A DNA stretch of 63,010 nt, counting the filler, from Bigelowiella natans CCMP2755 (lineage: Eukaryota > Protista > Cercozoa), in the NCBI GenBank assembly GCA_000320545.1. It is 9 parts of 9 records of this genome, joined end to end, with 100 filler letters (N's around TTAATTAATTAA, not from the genome) between each part and the next. Parts side by side here need not be neighbours in the genome. Positions count along the whole stretch, not along the records: positions 1 to 29,428 come from ADNK01001341.1; 8 more parts are not named here. One strand, given 5' to 3'. How positions within the stretch are numbered: position 1 is the stretch's first letter; the number at the start of each line of letters is the position of its first letter. The notes beneath the pieces were generated by a model. It did not search any database. It was not told the origin of the DNA and saw only the letters and a list, made by a program, of their open reading frames with translations. The position numbers and the translations under genes are program-made. Below, piece by piece: positions 1-13,830 of this stretch.

Positions 1-425
1 CGTTGGCAGTAGTATCTATTACACAGTAGTAGTAGTAGTAGTAGCAGTAGTAGTAGTAGTAGTAGAGATGGTAATGGAAGTTAAAGCCATACCACAGCTG
101 ATGATGATGAATGATGATGATGATGACGATGACGATGATGATGATAATAGATGGGGAGGAGGATATGGAATTGTGCTGTTCTCGCTTAACTTTGGTTAAT
201 TTGAGCGATTTACTCGATGAAGAGTTGTTTTGGCGAATTCGCATATATTATATATACACATATCACATGAACGCACAACAACACAACACACTTACCTAAA
301 CACGCGTGCATTCACTATTGCTAAAGCACGGAGACTACCCTATGGTGATGAGATGACATAGTCATCCTCTTATTCCTCTTCTGCTTCTTTTTCTTCTTCC
401 TCCTCTTCTTCATCGACTTGTATAG

Positions 426-708
426 GTAACATTCGAAGGCAAGGTAGGTCTGGTGACTCGTTTCTACCCGAGATTCTCTTTGGACAGAATGCATCAGGTG
501 ATGGGCGTGTGTGCTAGTGTGTGTGTGTGTGCGCGTGTGTGCGTGTGTGCATGCGCTTATTCCATCGTCCATCTTTCCATTGACTATGGCAGTTTTTGCT
601 TCTTTGCAGAAGATGAATCTCTGTGCGAACGATGCAGTGCGGAGAATAGCGGGAGGTAGCGTTGTTTGTTGCTGAAATGTTGTGATCTCTTCACACCCAC
701 CCACCCAA

Positions 709-786
<78 letters not shown>

Positions 787-1027
787 AGAGAGAGAGAGGG
801 AGAGAGAGAGAGAATATATGCCCTGTTTATCTAATATTTATTCGCGTTTGTTTTCCTTATTACCACCATCATCGTCATCCTCCTCCTCCCCCTCATCATT
901 GGCAATAAACATAACCATCAACAAATACTGCTGATGATCATGCTTAGACATTCTGAGGGGGCTGGCATTCATTCACGACCGCAATATCGTGCACCGCGAT
1001 CTGGCCTGCAGGAACTTCTTCATGGAC

Positions 1028-1067
<40 letters not shown>

Positions 1068-3596
1068 GATTTACATGTCAAAGATGATGATGATGATGAT
1101 GATGATGATGATAATGATGATGATTCGAAGAAGAGGTCATCAACGACAAAAGGGTGCTATTGCCTTACTCCCCCCTCCCTTCCTACGCTATGTTGTTGTT
1201 GTTGTTGTTGTTGCGGCGCTTTCCAATCAGGACGGGACGGTAGTAATAGGAGACTTCGGTCTTGCATGTAGCCTTGATCGAAAGGTGCCACGAAGTCTTG
1301 TTAAAAAAACGACGACAACGACGACGATAACAACAACAACAACAATAATGACCGTGGCCATATCAACAAGAACACGTACCGTTCCAACAACAACACTTTG
1401 CGATGATAAGAGCAGCCTCCTTGATTACTGCGTACGCATTTGATTCGATTCACAGCGTCCCTTCGACCTATTAGCGAAGCCCGTCCCAAAGGTTGTGATG
1501 ATAGTAGTCTCCTGCAGATATGCTGCTTTTGCTGTTTTGGTGATCAAGGCGAAATGAGGCAGCAGCAATATCTGTTTGGTACTTTATGTGGAAGGGGAGG
1601 GGCGGCAATAGTGCCGGCGTATACCTTATCTAAGACCTTTAACGACATCACCAAAGAGAGCGAGAGAGAGAGAGGGGGGGGGGGGGGGGGGGGGGGTGAT
1701 TGCAAGAAATTATCTGAATCTGAGTCCATACTATGGTGATAAGCGTGTGCTTCCTAAGCTCACTATTGACCTCCTCCTCCTCATCATCATCATCGTCATC
1801 ATCAATAATTGGACAGTATTCGAGAGCGCCTGAGTCCATCCGAAGTTGCAACATGTCGCTGAAGAGTGGTGCAACTACTAACACCATTCTCGTGCATCTT
1901 CCTTCGTGCTGCCCCCCCTCCCCTTCCCATTCCCTGCTATATCGTGTGACGTATTGAAGTTGTGCTGATGCTGTGGCGATGTTTGTGTGTGTGTGTGTGT
2001 GTGTGTGTTTGTCCGATATATAAACGATAGATATTTGGATGTTGGGCGTGGCTTTCTGTGTGGTCGTACTTCATACAACTCATAATCACACAAGAACGAA
2101 TTTGTTCTGTCGCATATGAATTACTATTTATATGCTCTAAAGTGGCACACACTCGCACGGACATGTATATTACATGGTTTGCGGTGAGTGTGTGTGTGTG
2201 TGTGTGCGTGTGTGTGTGAGTGTGAGAGTGTGAATGTTGCATGCGACATTCATAAATATGATCAAACTGCTCGCTTGTGTAATTCAGCAAATAGAATGTG
2301 TGTGAGTGTGTATGTGTGTCTACGGAAACAGCTCCTTCAAAAGGGCGATAAAGGCGTCGAGGCCTCCATATTTCATATTGCGAGCCGTTTTTTGAAGTAA
2401 ATTCCGCTGCTAACCTAAAAAGAAAGGGGGGAGGGCGTCATGAGGAATTCCTCTGGATAAATTGACGGAGGGGGGGTGGGGGGGGGTTAGCAAATGGAAA
2501 AATTATGAATGTTGGGTGATGCTGCTGTGTGAAATGAGGCCAATGTTGTTCTTTGAGATGGCTCAAAATGCACGAAGATTTGTCCTCAAACATGTCTGTT
2601 TTCACTTCATCATCGTCGATGCAGCAGTTCCCACGTTAGTAGTGGTAGCAGTAGTAGTAGTGGTAGTAAAGGTAGTAGTAGTAGTAGTGGCAGAAGTAGC
2701 AGTGATATACGTCTCAACGCCTTGAATTCATATGATGTGTACACCACTTCTGCGTCGTGCTGTGTGTGCGCCAACAACTCTAAGTAAAATAACTCATTTT
2801 GAAGGGAAAATAAGAATGCAATAAAGAAGGGCGGCAGGACGAACACCACGGATGATGGCGAGGAAGACGATGATGTTGCCGCTGAACTGTTAAGAAAGGT
2901 ATACACTGTTTAGAGATAGAAGATGTTCATCACATCAGCAACAATCGCGAATCGTAGCCCACACAACACACACACACACACACACACACACATCCACACA
3001 CACACATGCACAACACGCCACACATAAATTGCATTTGCGCCCATCAGATCATCCCTAGGGCGTCGTCAGAAACAACACCGAATAACTTGTCTCACTCATC
3101 GACGATACTGCTCCAAAATTTGATACGAAAATGCCTGCGGTTTGATCCAAAGGACAGGCCTTGTGCCAGCCTCCTTGCAGGTGGTGCGATGCATTGATGC
3201 CCAATGTCCTTAAACAGCGCCCCCCACCGTCTAAAGACAAATATTGCCGTTTCGTCGTGTTGTTATCTCATTCGTTTCCAACTGCTATCTTCTGTATGAT
3301 GGGTAGAATACGTATTGAGAATAGAGAACCAAGGGGCTGGGGAACTGCACCAAGGCCCCTCATCGCCGTCGCCGTCGAGGTCGAAATATGGTGTAGCGGC
3401 AAAGCCGTCAGCAGCAGCAATGGTAGAAGCGGCAACGGCTGCAACTCGTGCGGCGAGTATGAGTGGCGCTAATGAAGGTAATGCGACGAAGGATGGTGTC
3501 GACGATGGCGGAGCGTCGCAGCAGAGCAGCACAGAAAGTAAGACGCGTGAGTATGATCTGTATCGTCTCCTCGGCCAAGATGACTTTCACAAGTAG
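426..3596 (+). CDS. Multi-exon protein kinase with tyrosine-kinase-type catalytic loop (5' end unresolved)
   Basis: Manually spliced GT-AG exons give RRIAGD-ILRGLAFIHDRNIVHRDLACRNFFMDN (about 610-1030), DGTVVIGDFGLACSLDRK (about 1231-1284), YSRAPESIRSCNMSLKSD-IWMLGVAF and LIRKCLRFDPKDRPCA (about 3120-3170). Last exon ends at 3596. Confidence 0.8.
710..812. repeat. Compound (AC)n(AT)n(AG)n microsatellite, representative of many intronic repeats in host contigs
   Basis: Seen directly. Similar tracts at about 16450-16525, 23270-23350, 23695-23812, 39930-40120 and 55787-55927. Absent from the viral contig. Confidence 0.95.
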
Positions 3597-4426
3597 TATG
3601 AGTTGACAGTCCTCTCTTCTTTGCAAATATGTGCGTGTGCATGCTTCTGCGACGGATGTGCATCGCATGCTAGCATGAATGCATGCTAACAGTATGTCTA
3701 GATGTGCCAATGGTCGTTAGCTCAGTGCGTAGCAATGTCACACTCGAGCACTGGCGGCATTGCACCTAGCTGTCTAGCTGTGGCGGACACCTCTGAACTT
3801 TGCAGCGCTGCTGAGCGGCCCGAGGCATGACTTATTTCTCATGCTTCGTATGTACATGATTGTGTATACTCTTTCGCATGTTCATCATTCATGCACCTGC
3901 AAACAACGTACATCTAGACAGCACAGCAGACGTCAGGGGCAAATCTAGCAAATCTTGATTCACTGACACGCTGCTACTCTCCCAGCCAGATGTATACATA
4001 CATATATCTACTCAATAATGCAAGTGCGCGCCTGCATATAATGAATCCATCTTGTTGCGCAGTCATATAGCATCGACCACGGCCTGCTACCAGCTGTGTT
4101 GCTTCTACATGTGCTAGCGTAGCGTAGCATTGGCGTCCAATGTAACAATAATTTGCCACGATAGTGCGCCGCTCACAGTCAAGAAAGCTTTTTCAACATC
4201 TTCGTTCGATTTTTGGTCATCATTCATAACTGTGAAGGATGCGAGAACGTGATCGAGGATGTCTTGTGACCATCATCCCGTGCTACCTTTCTACTATGCT
4301 AGTATGACCTTTACTTCTGTGCTACAGTTTCCTTCCCACATCTATTATAGACACGCAATAGAATAAACCTAACCTATGGAGCAGGCTCTATTCACCCCCA
4401 TCGGCATCTCCACTTATCGGCCATGA

Positions 4427-4719
4427 TCATTCCCAGAGGGGGAAGGTCTTTTTTTGTACCCCCCTGCTACGCTCCAGACGCATGATTCCGCTGATGCTAC
4501 GAGTACCAGTGCCAACAAGTGACGATTTCACTAAATTATCTTGCTTTTCGTCGCTTGAGAGTACATCGCCCTCGCTGCTACCGTTTTTCACAGCTCGTGC
4601 TTCCTCTAACTGCCGCATTGCAGCAAAAACGACCGAGCTGCGCCGACGACGACGACGACTAATGCCCCCAGCTGTGTCGCCACTACCTTTCTTGTTGCCC
4701 CCACGAGATGTAGCCCTAC

Positions 4720-4753
<34 letters not shown>

Positions 4754-6547
4754 TTCTTCTTCTTCGTTACCCTGCTTTTCCTCCGGCGGTAGGTACCCTC
4801 TCCCTTCAGATCCAAGGCCCCGTCGATCTGCCTTTACTGTGATGTGGTAGTTGCGAGGCAGCTCCCGATTTTTCTTCATGACGATGTTGATCTGTAGAGG
4901 ATCCCCCTTCTTCAATTTCCATGGCTTGTCCATAACGAGCAAGCACATGCCCCAATGCGTCTTCTCGTCACACGGGCCTGTGCTCAGTACAATGGCGGGG
5001 GTAGGCTCTTCAACGCGCCCGTCTCTTTTCTCTTCTGCATGATCCAGTGCTCCTCCTCCTCCTCCTCCCCCTCCTCCCCCCCGTTCGAATACATCTCCAC
5101 CCGTACTTTTGCGCGCTATCCCTTGTTTCCCTTCCCATCGTGCTCTTTTAGCTTGATCGAATGACACGCTGAACCACGACACTAGGCCGTGGAAGGTTCC
5201 CTCCCGCCTCGCTTGGAATGCTGCCGCAGAGGTGAAGTCTTCGTAGTCGCGCATTTCCACAGTGTGGCAGTCAAATTCAAGTATGGCAACGCCATGTGAT
5301 GCATGTGATGAGGAAGCTGCTGCTGCCGTGGCTTCTGCTCCCGTTCCCGGATTGCTAGTAGTATTCCCATCATCCTTATCATTATCATCACCACCCTTCT
5401 TCCTCTCCTTCCTCCTCTCACACTTTCCCGATGCTTGTGCGCTACTACAAAGTAGATGGCTTGGTTCGACGGGGATGTGGGGGATCACGGGGGAGGAGAA
5501 TGTGGATTTCTTGGCAAAGGCGCGGAGGCAAGTCATCCCCACCCCATACGGCCTGCTATCCCAAAACTCCACCCTCTCCTTCCACAGCTCCTTGCATTCC
5601 ACCGGCGCGACAAAGAGCTGCGCCCGTGTGGGTAGCATAAGCCCACCAGGCTTGAGCCAGCGATCGCGCGCCACGAGCACCGCGTCCAGCATTGACTCGA
5701 ACAGCAGCATCGTTCCCATCCATTCGCTAATGATGACATCAACTTGCTCTGGCAGCCATATCTCCTCCACCTTCGAGTGCAGCACGGTAATGGTATCCTC
5801 GAGGCGGTTCTCACGCACTACGCGCCGCGTGTGGTGTGCCAGAGGGCTGGCCTCGACGGCGTAAACCTTCCGCGCGCCCCCCTCCCTTGCAGCGAAGATT
5901 GACAGAATCCCCGTACCGGCCCCCACATCCATAACCACTTTCCCTTCGATCAATCCCCTGAAGCGTTGAATCGCTCGCTTATATGCCAGAGTTCGTACCT
6001 TGTCTTCCAACATCAGATAGTGGACAGTAAGGCTGTCCCCATACTCTTGGAAGTAGCTTTCGTCCTGCTCATCAACGAGCTCGCTGTCATCAGAAGGCTC
6101 GGCAGCAGTCTTTCTGGTCGTTGAATCTGTTACTTCTACGGGGTCAGTTTCCGCCACTCCCTTCGGTCTCTCTCCCTTACCCCTCTTCCTATCGACATTA
6201 CTGGCAGAGGAGTTTAGGGCAGGGAGCGCGTCTGGAATGAGATAGTTTCCTGGTACATAGCCTACTGCGCCATGTACGTTTTTGCTTAAGATACTCTTGT
6301 CCTTACCCCTACGATCTTCTTCTTCTTGTGAGAGACTGGAAAGCTTATTGGTATAAGCATCCTTTGCAAAATAGGCAACATAAGGGCCATTGCTAGAGTG
6401 CGCGTCATCCCTCGGAGGTGGGCGGGCAACGATTATGAGTTGGTCGTTGGCCCGGAAGCTAAGCTCTCCGCGCCTTCGCGCACGGTAGTCCCACAACGCT
6501 CGCACCCTCACCCCCGCCGCCATGCCCTCTCCACCAACATTCAGCAT
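4427..6547 (-). CDS. SH3 domain + type I-like protein arginine methyltransferase (PRMT2-like architecture), intronless
   Basis: 706-aa ORF. SH3 signatures ALWDY..ELSF and GYVPGNY. PRMT motifs YFQEY, MLEDKVRT, VMDVGAGTG, VYAVEAS, VDVIISEWMG..LFE and THW loop (STGPCDEKTHW). Confidence 0.92.
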
Positions 6548-6878
6548 CTTGGCTTGGCACGGGGAGGGAGAAAGGATCGGAACCTGGTAGGGAATCTGAG
6601 CGACGTCTGGAAATCTTTAGCACGGAATCCGCCGGGATTCTGACCTTGCGACAACAATATGACGGCTCCGTGTCGCTTTTACGTAAAACCCCTTCAAAGC
6701 AGCAATCGTCCACTTGCTATCCCAAGAACACGAGCCTTTTTCCCCACGCGAAAACGGAATAAACGCCGTAGGTTTTAAGGTTTTAAGGCATCATCTGATC
6801 TTGTCGCAAGCAGCGTGCGGCCATCATCTTTACCCCTCCCTTCTGAAGGTGTCGTTGGCCCGTATCCTGCCCCTCCAG

Positions 6879-7744
6879 ATGCAAGCGGCAGCCGCTTGCC
6901 TAGAAGGGCGCTACCCCAACCCTCGCTCTCCCACGACTACCACCACTACCACCGCCGTAACGCTGTTCCTGTTGATCTTTCCCGTCGCGGATGCACTTGG
7001 AGCGACACGCCTGAGACTGCGGCGTACTGTCCCGACCTCCCGCCGTTGTTCGGGGGGAGCGAAGAGACGCGGTACGCGAATTTTCCGCACTGCTGTAACA
7101 TATCCCGTAGGAGGAGCAACATCCGTCACAGCAGCGGTCAATAATGAAGCCTGGGGGTTGGTTCCGAGCAATGAAAATGGGGCGATTTCCGTGCCGGTAC
7201 TTATCAGAGAATCCAAAAAGCCTTTCCCTTCGAATTTGCCCCGTCACTGACTTTTCCTCTCTAAACATGCATGCTCTCGACATCGGACGGGTAGATTCTT
7301 CCTAAGCTGAAAAATCGATATTATGGTCTGAGGCACGGTGATGCTAACAAACAATAGAATTATCGCATCATGAGACCGGAAATTGTCTGTTTACAAACAA
7401 CAAGAAATGCCGTAATTTTTACCAACCGGTCCAAATTTGAAGACTGTATTCTATGAACGAAGTTATTCGGATCTCTCGTTCATTGGAACTTTCTATGAAC
7501 GAGGATGAATTTTGGAGCTGTCTTGGTTATTGAAATCTCCCTCTCGCAATCGTTCGCCTCTTTAGATACTCATTGAAAAAATGATTGCTGTCCACAGCTG
7601 GAAATAAATACCACATGTTGTTGCAGAAAGTCTCTAAGCCTTGATCTTGCAAATTATGAGAAATCATCCCCTTCCCCGGTGTGTCTGATAGGTGAATCCA
7701 AAGCCAACCTCGAAGGTATCATCAGCTCTGATTACGACAGGGGT

Positions 7745-7785
<41 letters not shown>

Positions 7786-8391
7786 CAGATATGAATGTAT
7801 ATGATATGGAGCATGAGGAGAATATTGTGCTATCGAGTAGGCAGCACAATACACGGACTCACACACAAGGGTATCACGCAAGCACGACAGGTCATGTGTA
7901 TACAATCTAAAGCTTCTCGCTCTCTGCTGGTCTCTTGACCTTTCCCTCATGCTTCTCTATCCATCTACACACACACACACACACACCAATTGCTCTGCCT
8001 TTCTTCCATAACGTTCTCTCAATACCAGGCAGCTACCGATATGCTGGGAGTTCTTAGCAGAGATGCGATACCGAGCTTGGTGCTGCCAAAACATGCGCAT
8101 CATGCACTTAGCGTACACCATGCATATGGGCGACGATCGCGAGAAGCACTTTTTCAAAGCCTTGAAAAAAGAAGAACGAGTAGTAAAAGAAGAAGAAGAA
8201 GAAGAAGGAGCGGAAGGCAGATCTCTCCAACCGCATGCAAATCCATAAACACCACAAACGACAAGAAATGACCGACACAGCAACGAAGATGTCCACACAC
8301 GCTCATTTGTTCCCCAGGTTGTCTATAGCAGTAACTTCACACGCGCGAGGCAAACGGCAAAAGAATGCGTCAGGGCTCTTGGTAGTTGCTG

Positions 8392-8440
<49 letters not shown>

Positions 8441-8780
8441 TTCTGTGTATATACTTTCGTGTATGCTCGCGTAAATGACAGTGCAATTATCGATCTGTCT
8501 TATCGCCATCATCATCAACATTTTCCCTCTTCCTCCCCCCCCTCTTCTTATTATGGTTCTTCTTCCTCCCACTATTCTCCGTCCCCCGCTCATGCACGCT
8601 TATACAAGAGAGAATCGTCAACTACGAGAACGACCACCTTCCTGATAAGGAGAAGGTTCCTACGCGATCAGCGGCGCCTTCGTCCCAAGAAAATAATGAT
8701 AATCATGCGAATGATATTGCTAATTACAATTATCTTTGAGAATATCCAAGGCCTAAAGGAGAAAATCGTATTTGTCCTGG

Positions 8781-8821
<41 letters not shown>

Positions 8822-8856
8822 AACAATATACAAACAATGCAATCTTTGTACAACAA

Positions 8857-8892
<36 letters not shown>

Positions 8893-9553
8893 GCACCCAT
8901 GCAGATAAGCTTGGATGTCCTTATAGACAATCGACTGCTTGAAAGGTGAAAGAACACAGAAAGAGCTTTACACTTCCATTGTCTGAATAGAAATGTACTA
9001 AAGCCACCGAAGCAGCCCCGCCTTACCTTTTCACGTCAAATAATCGGTGTATCTTATTCTGAGGAACTCATTCATTTTTTACAAAAAATTGCAGGGGTTT
9101 CGGGGATCTCGACGGAACGAAAGTAACAATTGTATTCAAATAAAATGGAATCCGTTTTCCCCCTGATACTATCCGTCTTCTTGTGCCAGCATCCTCTTCT
9201 GTAAACACGAGTATCGTCATCTTTCCTGATGCTGTCCCCATTAATCATGGTATTCATGACGGAGACTTACCCCCCCCCCCCCCGCTCCTCCCCCCTCCCC
9301 CAACTACTATCTCTTGCTGGTATTTTAGGTGACAAATTACAACTACGTGTGGCCCTTGGATCTATACGACGCGCATCACACAACATTTGGTGTCGAGGTA
9401 CTCATATGCATACGCTCTCACTAGGAGAAGGGGGAGGACTCGCGTGTTTGTGTGAGAGTATGAAATTATCAAATATTATTTCATTCTGTAATTATTACCC
9501 ATACATCTCTTGACTTTTTGTACTCTGCCCCAGCCATGCCTATGCTTCTCTCT

Positions 9554-9596
<43 letters not shown>

Positions 9597-9788
9597 ACTC
9601 CCCAACCCCCCCCCTTCCCTCCCCCTCTCCCTTCCCTTCCCTTGAATTGGTTTTCTTTACAGTCTGTGAACGATGTAGTGGCACGGGTGCGAGAGTTGAT
9701 AGTCGATCTGGAAACACGGTTGTTTGCACAACAATGTTGCCGTTAAAGAGAGTTTGAATTTTGAGTGATTGCCTCATAGAATTGGGGT

Positions 9789-9840
<52 letters not shown>

Positions 9841-10416
9841 TATATGCATATAATTTTTTTAAATATGCAATGCCTATATTTCCGGATGATTTTCTGACAT
9901 GATCTGCAATGAGAAGTCCTTGGGGACATAAGCGATGTCAGAGCAACGTTGCTGCTCTGGAGAGTGCATCATCCTTTGAGAGCTGCAGCATTAGAACTGC
10001 AGTGCAGAAAATTATCGGTTGATTTCTTGTTGCTTGACCAGATACAGCGACAACGATATCGTGCTGACATCTCACGCCGACACGCTACAGATCATGCAGT
10101 GCTTCGTGGCAATGGTCGATTGGGGAAGGGGGGGGAGATTTTTTCCTATTCGGTTGTTCTGTTATTGCAAATAAGTGAGCGTGTATGTACGTTTGCCTTC
10201 TCCGCGCTATCATCATCATCATCACCATCACCATCACCATCATCTTCATCACTACTACCACCACCATCCATTCACCCATCAGGTCGATCCACGACAATTC
10301 TCTCAGTACAGGTCATATCGAATAATGTTCCTTCTGGATCCTATGAAACACAAGAGGCCCCCCCATAACCCGTGCAAACATGTGTACTAAAAACCCTACT
10401 CAATATCCTCTCTATC

Positions 10417-10466
<50 letters not shown>

Positions 10467-10617
10467 TTTCTCGCTCACCGCCATCAGATTTCTCAATGCA
10501 GAGGTGCGGCCATTGCTACAGAACCCAACCTCCCTCCCCCCTCCCGCTCCACTGTGTAAAATTGCCCCTGCAACAACTCTCACGGAGTCCACCTTGCCAG
10601 GTCATACCAAACAATGA
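6879..10617 (+). CDS. Multi-exon histidine phosphatase / phosphoglycerate mutase-family protein with probable bipartite targeting leader (3' end approximate)
   Basis: Spliced exons give LKNRYYGLRH|GESKANLEGIISSD, VVYSSNFTRARQTA, LLER|GFGDLDG, GVE|SVNDVVARV and IVLTSHADTLQI. N-terminus has hydrophobic AVTLFLLIFPVADA followed by an Arg/Ser/Thr-rich stretch. Confidence 0.8.
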
Positions 10618-11748
10618 TATAAATTCATTTCACTCCTGTGTTCGCCATCGACTAGATGTCGCGTACCATCAAACCAAGGAGCACTATGGACTAAATCGAG
10701 CAAACTAAATGAACTATCCTTGTTTTTCTGATGAAGTCATGAAGAGCCTTAGAAGCATTGTTAAAAGCCGCGAGACTTTGATGTCATATTTTCCTGCAGG
10801 TGCTGACTCCGAAGAATACCGAGATGAAGAATGAAAAACAAGATCAAAGATAGAGCTAATGAAACCATGCCACAGTCTGCTGTGATGCAGATGTATGCTC
10901 AACGATGACATTATTGACAAATTTTGAAGCATAAAATGCAAACCTTTATCGGCAGCATGTCCTTGATGGCATTAGTTTGACACATGCTAGCATGTGATCA
11001 TGCTAGCATGCTACACATTTCTACAACGATCGACACCACATGCGATACACACTTTACTTTGTGACTAGCGCAGCGCTATAGCTAGCCATAACTAGATATA
11101 ACAGACAACGTTATATTGCATACACTAGTACGTACATAATACAATCCATTTGTGGCAATTGTTTGTGAACATGACTAGATGATCTAGCAAAGGATACCAC
11201 TGCATACATGCATGTATAATCACGTAATTGTAGGCGCTACGTGTATGGGCTCTGCGATACACATGTATTACTCGGATTCGACATGTAATGATCGATGACA
11301 CATGTGCGTATAATTAACGACATTCATTACTAGATTAGTCCAATCGATAAGTCATTGCATACACTTCAGACACTGTGACTAATAAATAATCATGATGTGT
11401 ATCTGTCGAGTGGTGTTTACTCATGAAGCGCACGCTACGCGAGACCAACAATCTAATATGCAGGATCACTGTGGCTACACTGCTGTGAATTATAGTGGAG
11501 GGGAAAGGATGTTTTCTAACAGCATTAGCTAGCACAGATGCTCAAGTATTGGAGGCAAGAAAGGTCTAGCAACGAAACACACGAAAGTTCATGCGCGCGG
11601 CGGCGAAATGAAAAATTTCGGAAGTGTAGTATAGGTGAGCGTAATCTAATGAATGTGAACGTTTCCATCAGATCACACCCTTGTTAGTGCAGAATTTTTT
11701 ATCCCATAGAATTCGTGGAAATTGGATGCCAGCATCACTAGGATTATA

Positions 11749-12021
11749 TTATTCAGCCATTGGATCAAAATTCTCATTGAGCAGTGTGACGACTTCGTCT
11801 TTGTGCATAGGGTACATCAGAAACATCTGTTTGAACCCGATTACTTTCTTCTTCTTTAGGATCTTAAGCATTGCACCAACCGTGTCACAATGATGCTCCT
11901 CCCCAACTTGCACCAACTTATCGTACTTGCAGGATCCCTTCTCCTCCTTCAGGGTTTCGATAATCCATTTCTGGTGCTTCTGCGACAGCAGCTTCGCTTC
12001 CTTGGCTGCATCGGCGCTCAT
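11749..12021 (-). CDS. Costars (ABRACL-like) small protein
   Basis: 90-aa ORF from ATG at 12021. C-terminal TVGAMLKILKKKKVIGFKQMFLMYPMHKDEVVTLL resembles the Costars pattern LVGTLKAAKRRKIVTFEGELLLQGVHDDVDIILL. Confidence 0.65.
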   Translation of the reverse strand: MSADAAKEAKLLSQKHQKWIIETLKEEKGSCKYDKLVQVGEEHHCDTVGAMLKILKKKKVIGFKQMFLMYPMHKDEVVTLLNENFDPMAE

Positions 12022-12500
12022 TGTGCTAGAGATATGGCCGCTTGCTAGATTAAGACAAAACTCGAGAAAACGCAGCACACTTTACAAAACTATCCTGCCA
12101 TTTTTCGCAATTTTCTCTCCATAATTAATATCGCTATCTTAAAACAGCACTGTTTTTTCAGTAGTAGTCTTCTCCTCACAATAATCTGTTATATTCCGTT
12201 CTATTTTAGATATGCGACATGAAAAAGATGTTGTCGTATAAAGATACTCTTCCCAATCAAACCCTGCGCTTCCAGAAGCCTTCCACCGCTGCGCTGACGT
12301 TCGTCGGAAAGTAGGACCTTACCCAAGTAAGCCCTTGAAAAGAGATTTCCCATTTACTTTCGAGGAGCACGTGGAGAGGCGTGAACTTTCTTCGAACTTA
12401 CTCCTACCCTCAGTTTTCTTGAGTCCGATGCAATAGAAGGAGGCTTTCGAGCTCGCTGATCACACTTGCCACACGGGCTATTTCTGCTTTCAGAGACGAC

Positions 12501-13797
12501 ATGGCAGATTCCGGTGCCGATTTGTTGGAAAAGGAACTAGCAGGCTTTGAGATCCTGGAGGAAGCGAAAAAGGAGGTGGCATCGTCATTCACGGATCCCT
12601 CATCTTCGCACATTGGATATGACTTTAACATGCAACATTCTAGGAGGACTGCAAAGAGCCAGGTGATGGCGCCCCCTCCTTGGACGGAGAAGAAGAAAAG
12701 AAGAAGGTTTACTTGATATATAGTCATATATAAACGAAAGGCGAATTAACGAGAATAGTAAAAAACGCAGATATTCATGATCAGGGGCCCATTCCTCCGC
12801 CATTGCCTTCACTTTTCCGATTGACTTTCTTTCATTTAGCAAGCTACAAACTGCAAACTGACCTTATCTCTATCCCATATTTTATTGACTTTCAGGACGA
12901 TATAGTAGAATCCAAAACGAGCGCGACTGACGAAACCCCGGAGACAGAAATACCGAACAACAACGCTAAGGAAAACCCTGCTGTGACGCCTGCAGAAAAG
13001 GTTCGAAATGGCGTTATGGGGTCTTTGCTCTTTGGTGTATTGATTCATTCATTCGTTACGCAGGATCTAGAAAAGGCTATGGAAGCTAAGGTGGAAGGAA
13101 ACACATTGTTCAAGACGGGCAGATACGAGGAAGCACTGCGAAAATATGATGAAGCGATCGCCTTCTGCCCGGACGATGAGAAGGAAAATCTGGCAGCATA
13201 TCATTGCAATAGTGCGGCTGTTCACAGCAAAATGGTATCTTTCGCGTTTTCACTTTTTCCCGCCCAAGCATGTATGCAATCATCCCTCATGGTCGACGAC
13301 AAACCCTCAATCATTTACTGCGCCTTACTATCTATACAAGAGTGACTGGGAGATGGTGGTAGAGAGCTGTACGAAGGCCATAAACAGCAAGCCCGATTAT
13401 GTCAAAGCTTACATGCGTCGGTCGGTTGCGTACGAGAAACAAGATAAACCAGTAGAGGCTTATGAAGGTAGATGGAAGATGTTATGTACTTACAGCAGCT
13501 GACCTTTTTTCCACAGAAAAAGGCATCTGTCCATGCTGCTGGAGTGTGTATTTTGCCCTCACCAGCACACAGAAGAGATAGATCATATTGTCTCACGTGT
13601 TGGCTCTTTCAGACATTAAGAAGGCCGATGAATTAGCTCCAAATACCGCACGGATAAAAGCACGGTGCGCGAAGCTTAGCGTAGTTGCTCAGGAGCGGCA
13701 AGAGAAGATGAAGAACGAGATGCTGGGTAGTGAATATTTCATGTGTTGTTGGAAAAAGATAACATGCCCTCTCAAAACACACGCGTGTACGTATTTG

Positions 13798-13830
<33 letters not shown>

